This document shows, one piece after another, positions 59,804 to 64,000 of a stretch of DNA of 64,000 bases. The translations under genes and the position numbers were made by a program. Positions within the stretch are counted from its first letter, which is position 1; each line of letters opens with the position of its first letter. The stretch is from Macrostomum hystrix. Its lineage: Eukaryota > Animalia > Platyhelminthes. Location: NCBI GenBank assembly GCA_950097015.1, contig CATNEN010000041.1, positions 1,736,001-1,800,000 of the forward strand, written 5' to 3'. The notes below the pieces were generated by a model. That model was not told where the DNA came from. It saw nothing but the letters and a program-made list of their open reading frames with translations, and did not search any database.

Positions 59804-60235
59804 ATGGACGAGACATGCCCATATCCGACTGGTCTGCTTCATTTATCGCAAGGGGACGTCTGTGGCCTGACGATGGAACAGATTCAACAGAGAATGGAAC
59901 GAGAGGCCGAGATGGAACCAATGACGATGGAAACACTGCCCGAGCTAGGAATGGAGGACGTGGATGAATTTCTGAAGGTATACGAAGACTCTGCCATTGA
60001 GAATTTGGTTCAGGAGATGGATGATATGGAGTTGGAAAACGGACCGCGGGCTGCCAAACAGCACGAGAAATGGGCACTGCAACTGTTGGAGTCTATCACG
60101 GCGGAAAAGGGAATGAGATGTGATCTATCCGTTTGCACCACCGAAGAGGCGGATGTTGCGCTTCGAGTTATGTACGCATTCGTGAGACGCATACGAAGTA
60201 AAATCCATGACCATTATTTGGATGCTCTGCCATAG
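59804..60235 (+). pseudogene. Possible Crypton/DUF3504-like N-terminal fragment
   Basis: EDVDEFLK...AKQHEKWALQLL...DL...EEADVALRVMYAFVR resembles, from memory, the N-terminal block preceding Crypton-type tyrosine recombinase domains. No catalytic domain is present. Confidence 0.35.
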
Positions 60236-60374
60236 CTGCAGTTATACTCACTCTATAAATATAAATTTGTGTTTATATTTGTGTACGAACTGCAAGCTCA
60301 GTTTTGCAAGCGGGGCCTTACAATAAGATTGAGTAGATGTACTCTGCACCTGCAGTGTCAACACCCGCTGATTT

Positions 60375-60842
60375 TCAGCCTCCGGCTTGCAAACAGGCTG
60401 AAAATGGTAGCGCGCACACAAACTTGTGAAACTGTAGGAAACAAAAGGAAACCAGCAGAGAGGCCAGTGTTCCTGGCGAGAGGGCAAGGCCGGCCAGGCC
60501 CGCCAGCCTGTCGGCGCTCACGACCGAGAGGCAGGCGTCGGAGCTTCGCCAACCCGCGGCGAAGCCGGCTGGATCGGCCAAGCGGCAGGCGGCCTCGGTC
60601 GGCGAATGGGCGGCAGCGGCGCAGGTGGGCCGGGCGGCGCACTCTACGGCGCAGGCGCGCTCAAGCTGCACGCCGGTGAGGTTGGCCGGAGCGCCGGTCG
60701 GCGGGCAGACGCGGACGCCGCGGAAGGCGGCGCTGGCGTTGGCCATGGCGGCGGCAGCAGTCTGCGATCGGAGCAGGAGGAGCGGCAGTTGAAGGAGGAG
60801 CAGTTTGAGCAGCTGGCGGACTGGCTGAGCTGAGCTGGCCAT
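60375..60842 (-). CDS. Partial duplicate of the PAN+LamG gene (signal peptide + PAN domain + unrelated tail), 155 aa if unspliced
   Basis: About 60449-60850 is nearly identical to about 62818-63219; the copies diverge after GTLASLLV. Confidence 0.5.
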   Translation of the reverse strand: MASSAQPVRQLLKLLLLQLPLLLLRSQTAAAAMANASAAFRGVRVCPPTGAPANLTGVQLERACAVECAARPTCAAAAHSPTEAACRLADPAGFAAGWRSSDACLSVVSADRLAGLAGLALSPGTLASLLVSFCFLQFHKFVCALPFSACLQAGG

Positions 60843-61926
60843 GGTGCTCAAGTATCATCGGGAGTGATCTGCGCTCTTTCTCATCTCCGATCCTAATGAG
60901 CTTTTGTGGGCGCTGTCGGCCAACTCAAACAGGTTGAATCTCTCCATTGGCTGGATTCTTTCTTTCCTATCTTCTGCAGTCCATTTTGCAACTACGTGAG
61001 TTCATGTCAGAGTGGCAATCAGTTAGTTACTTGCCGCTATAGTTGGTATAGTAAAAGTTGAGGGCGCAATTCATTTTGAAGGAAAGCAGCCTTAGTAGTT
61101 GAGTATGGGACCTGTAGAACGCTGACAAACCTGGAACTTTATTCGACTCTGAACTCTTTCAAAAGATGATTGATTTTGGCTCATCATGCTAGTGGCATAG
61201 TGAACACGAGCCTTTAATGTAAACCAGCATCTGATGCCAATTTAGTATTGGGGGCTTTTGTGCATTCCTACTGGCTTACACAAGAACAAATTCTCGCATT
61301 TTATGAATCGGAAGGCAAGCCTTCCTGCCAGCTTTTCTGTCACGCTTTCTCAGCAAGCCAATCGCTTCGATTTCCTGAGTTTTGTCTTTGACGCTGTCAT
61401 TCCTTCTGCAGAAGCGCTGGTGGAGTAATTGCCAGGAAAGAGTGCAGGTAAACAGCTACCTGCATGCCCCAACACGTCAGTCTGAGCACAGCTCAGCTGA
61501 GTTCCTCCTGCAAACAATCGGCAGCGTGTCGGGCTTGGGCATTCTGCAGCGCTTCTGCAAAATCAATGAAACATTTCGTGCCGATTGCAAATCATGTCAG
61601 AAGCCTGATCTCCATTGCTGTGGACACCAAGGTCTGGCTGCCCGGATCTGATCTGCGGTTTTATTTAGAGGCAGCGCTTTCCTGCACACAGTCGATATGG
61701 GTTGCGTGTGCCAGGTGGCATCGTCATGAAGCAATGGCATCTTTGTGCAGCGTATGCCTAGAACACTGATACACCATTCACTTCCAACAGCCATCCTAAA
61801 GTGGGCTTATTGTGCTAGAATACTTGGCCTTTTATTCCTTATAATGGTCCTGCAATATAGAATTCTAATATAGAAGAGTGGTTCCCGAAACACCTCGCCG
61901 TCAACTCAGTCTTGTGCACCAGGTCG

Positions 61927-63210
61927 TCAGCACATGGCGTTGAGCTCAGCCAGCTGTCCCGCACTGAGCTGTCCGACAGCCACGCCCCAGCAGATAAAGA
62001 GGCCGCGCATGTTCCAGTCGGTTGTGAGCCGTGATTTGCCAAGCCGGAGCCGGTCGTTGCAGTCGCTGCTGAAGCTGCTGTTTGAGTTCGAAAGGAATCC
62101 ATTCTTGTAGAGGCTGTTGAAGAAGAACTTGTCAAAGCTGCTACCGTTGAAGGTTGTGGCTGTGAAGACGGGTTCCGTACTCGTCACCGGCAGCGTCTCG
62201 ATCTTGCTGCTGCGAGCTCTCCAGCTGTTCAGCGAGAACCGGGCCTCGGCGAACACGGTGGTGAAATTCTGGTCGCTGCTGCCCCGAAACTCGTGCCAGT
62301 CGCCTCCCGACACCGAACCCGTGCTTGAGGTGAACTCCTGGATGTAGACCATCGTCTGGCCCGGCTGCCAGTAGCGCAGGTACTTGGCAAAGTAGGTGAA
62401 CTGCGATCCGTAGGTCAGGTACTGGGTCAGGTTGCCGGCCTCTGTGTCGATCTGGATGGTTGCACAAGGATTTCCCTGCTAGGGTCTTCACAGGCACACA
62501 CTCGTGCAGCCAATGCAAATTTTTCTCATTGGCTGATTGAGCAATCGGGTTTGAAATCCCTCACTTGTAAGTTCCCAGACTACCAAGATTTGTCATCAGC
62601 TGAATTATGCTCTGACAGTTTTACGCATGCCTCAAATTAGAATCCAAAATACAGCTAAAAGACAAAAAATCAATGTTCTGAACTGAACCTCGATATAGGA
62701 GTTGTCGTCCCCGTTCAGCCAGACGCCGCGGTCGGTGAGCTTAGCCTTGGAGCCGAGGCTGGCAGCGAAGGACCGGTTGCCGGCCAGGTTGGGGAGGCCG
62801 AGCAGGAAGTTGTGGAACACCAGCAGAGAGGCCAGTGTTCCTGGCGAGAGGGCGAGGCCGGCCAGGCCCGCCAGCCTGTCGGCGCTCACGACCGAGAGGC
62901 AGGCGTCGGAGCTTCGCCAACCCGCGGCGAAGCCGGCCGGGTCAGCCAAGCGGCAGGCGGCCTCGGTCGGCGAATGGGCGGCAGCGGCGCAGGTGGGCCG
63001 GGCGGCGCACTCTACGGCGCAGGCGCGCTCAAGCTGCACGCCGGTGAGGTTGGCCGGAGCGCCGGTCGGCGGGCAGACGCGGACGCCGCGGAAGGCGGCG
63101 CTGGCGTTGGCCATGGCGGCGGCAGCAGTCTGCGATCGGAGCAGGAGGAGCGGCAGTTGAAGGAGGAACAGCTTGAGCAGCTGGCGGACTGGCTGAGCTG
63201 AGCTGGCCAT
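61927..63210 (-). CDS. Secreted protein: signal peptide + PAN/apple-like domain + LamG/ConA-like domain, 2 exons, 348 aa
   Basis: Exons 63210-62689 and 62451-61927 (GAG|gt...ag|ATC, phase 0). Leu-rich leader, CAVECAARPTCAAAAHSPTEAAC, GVWLNGDDNSYIE, LRLGK...RGLFICW. Domain names are inferred from motifs. Confidence 0.72.
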
Positions 63211-64000
63211 GGTGCTCAGAATTTCAACCTGAAGGGGTTTGTGGTCTCTCTCTCCTCGCTTCCCAGCTTTTGTAGCCAGGAATCGCGCGCCCTGAATTGC
63301 CAAATGCCGGGCAGCTACCATTGGATGAGGTAAATCTGGTCTGAACCCTCTGGCTTTCATGCAATTCCTGTGCTCTATTACTCGTATTTCAGTCGTCAAG
63401 CGGTTGCCGGGCCGACAATTCCCATTGGTCACTGACGCAGCCAGCAGCTTCTTCTTAGGGGACATGAGAAAACGGCGCTGCCTGTCAACTGCCAGACAAT
63501 GGCCATTTGGTTTGCCGCATATTTGATTGATACTCGTAGATCGAAACCCAGAACTACTTTGGCTATTTGTACTAGTAATATTAATAATCATTGCAGGATG
63601 GCTGCGGTCAATAGCACATCATTGGGTGACACTGGACCCGCAGCCAGCGAGGCGGTAGTTCTGCCCATTTCCTGACTCCTGAGCACACGCACAGGTGTGT
63701 ACATCTGCCCTGACTTTTTCATTGTCAGGCAATCTCACTGTGCCTTGGAGGTTGGCCCTCAAGGGCGAAAAATGCACAAGCCCCAGACCATGGCTCACTG
63801 TCACAAGTCAGAATGATTGCAAGGAGACCCAAAGTCTATCTACGTATCACCTTCTCACATCCATCCTACATACTAAGCCCATGGATTTCCTGTCACACTT
63901 GTTTCACCTCAAGTCAACGCAGTCAAACGTCAACCAAACCGCTTTGTAGTGATTCAGCTGATGAAGAACGACAAGGTATTCGCGTTTTTCCTTCATGATT

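Noticed and set aside
61382-61769. Cys-containing ORFs as another PAN-like gene
   Set aside because: Cys spacing is incomplete and no consistent exon chain could be built.

Overview
Eukaryotic (animal) genomic DNA. GC-rich coding exons sit among AT-rich spacers, and many introns carry their own tandem-repeat array. This resembles the free-living flatworm Macrostomum (inference only). I reconstructed eight host genes from GT/GC-AG boundaries and reading-frame phase. Seven are complete: a merlin/ERM-like FERM gene (6 exons), DPY19L3-like C-mannosyltransferase (10 exons, one probably GC-AG), an intronless ELOVL, SKP1, a universal stress protein, UBE2D and a secreted PAN+LamG protein. The eighth is the 3' part of a TCF20/RAI1-like ePHD gene. 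The PAN+LamG gene also has a partial duplicate of its first exon. Mobile DNA: the 3' end of a Penelope-like element with a hammerhead ribozyme, an intact Ty3/gypsy element with a -1 frameshift signal, an intact BEL/Pao element in the SKP1 intron, a tRNA-derived SINE (two copies), two LINE fragments, a 44-bp hairpin MITE and a possible Crypton-like fragment. The most unusual observations are: (i) a tandem array of duplicated 3' splice site plus exon-start units in the UBE2D intron, possibly a recursive-splicing 'ratchet'; (ii) both intact LTR elements and the full-length SINE lie inside or at the edge of minisatellite arrays; (iii) a clustered CCATAGAC motif associated with fold-back elements. 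All coordinates were counted by hand, and repeat-array edges are approximate.
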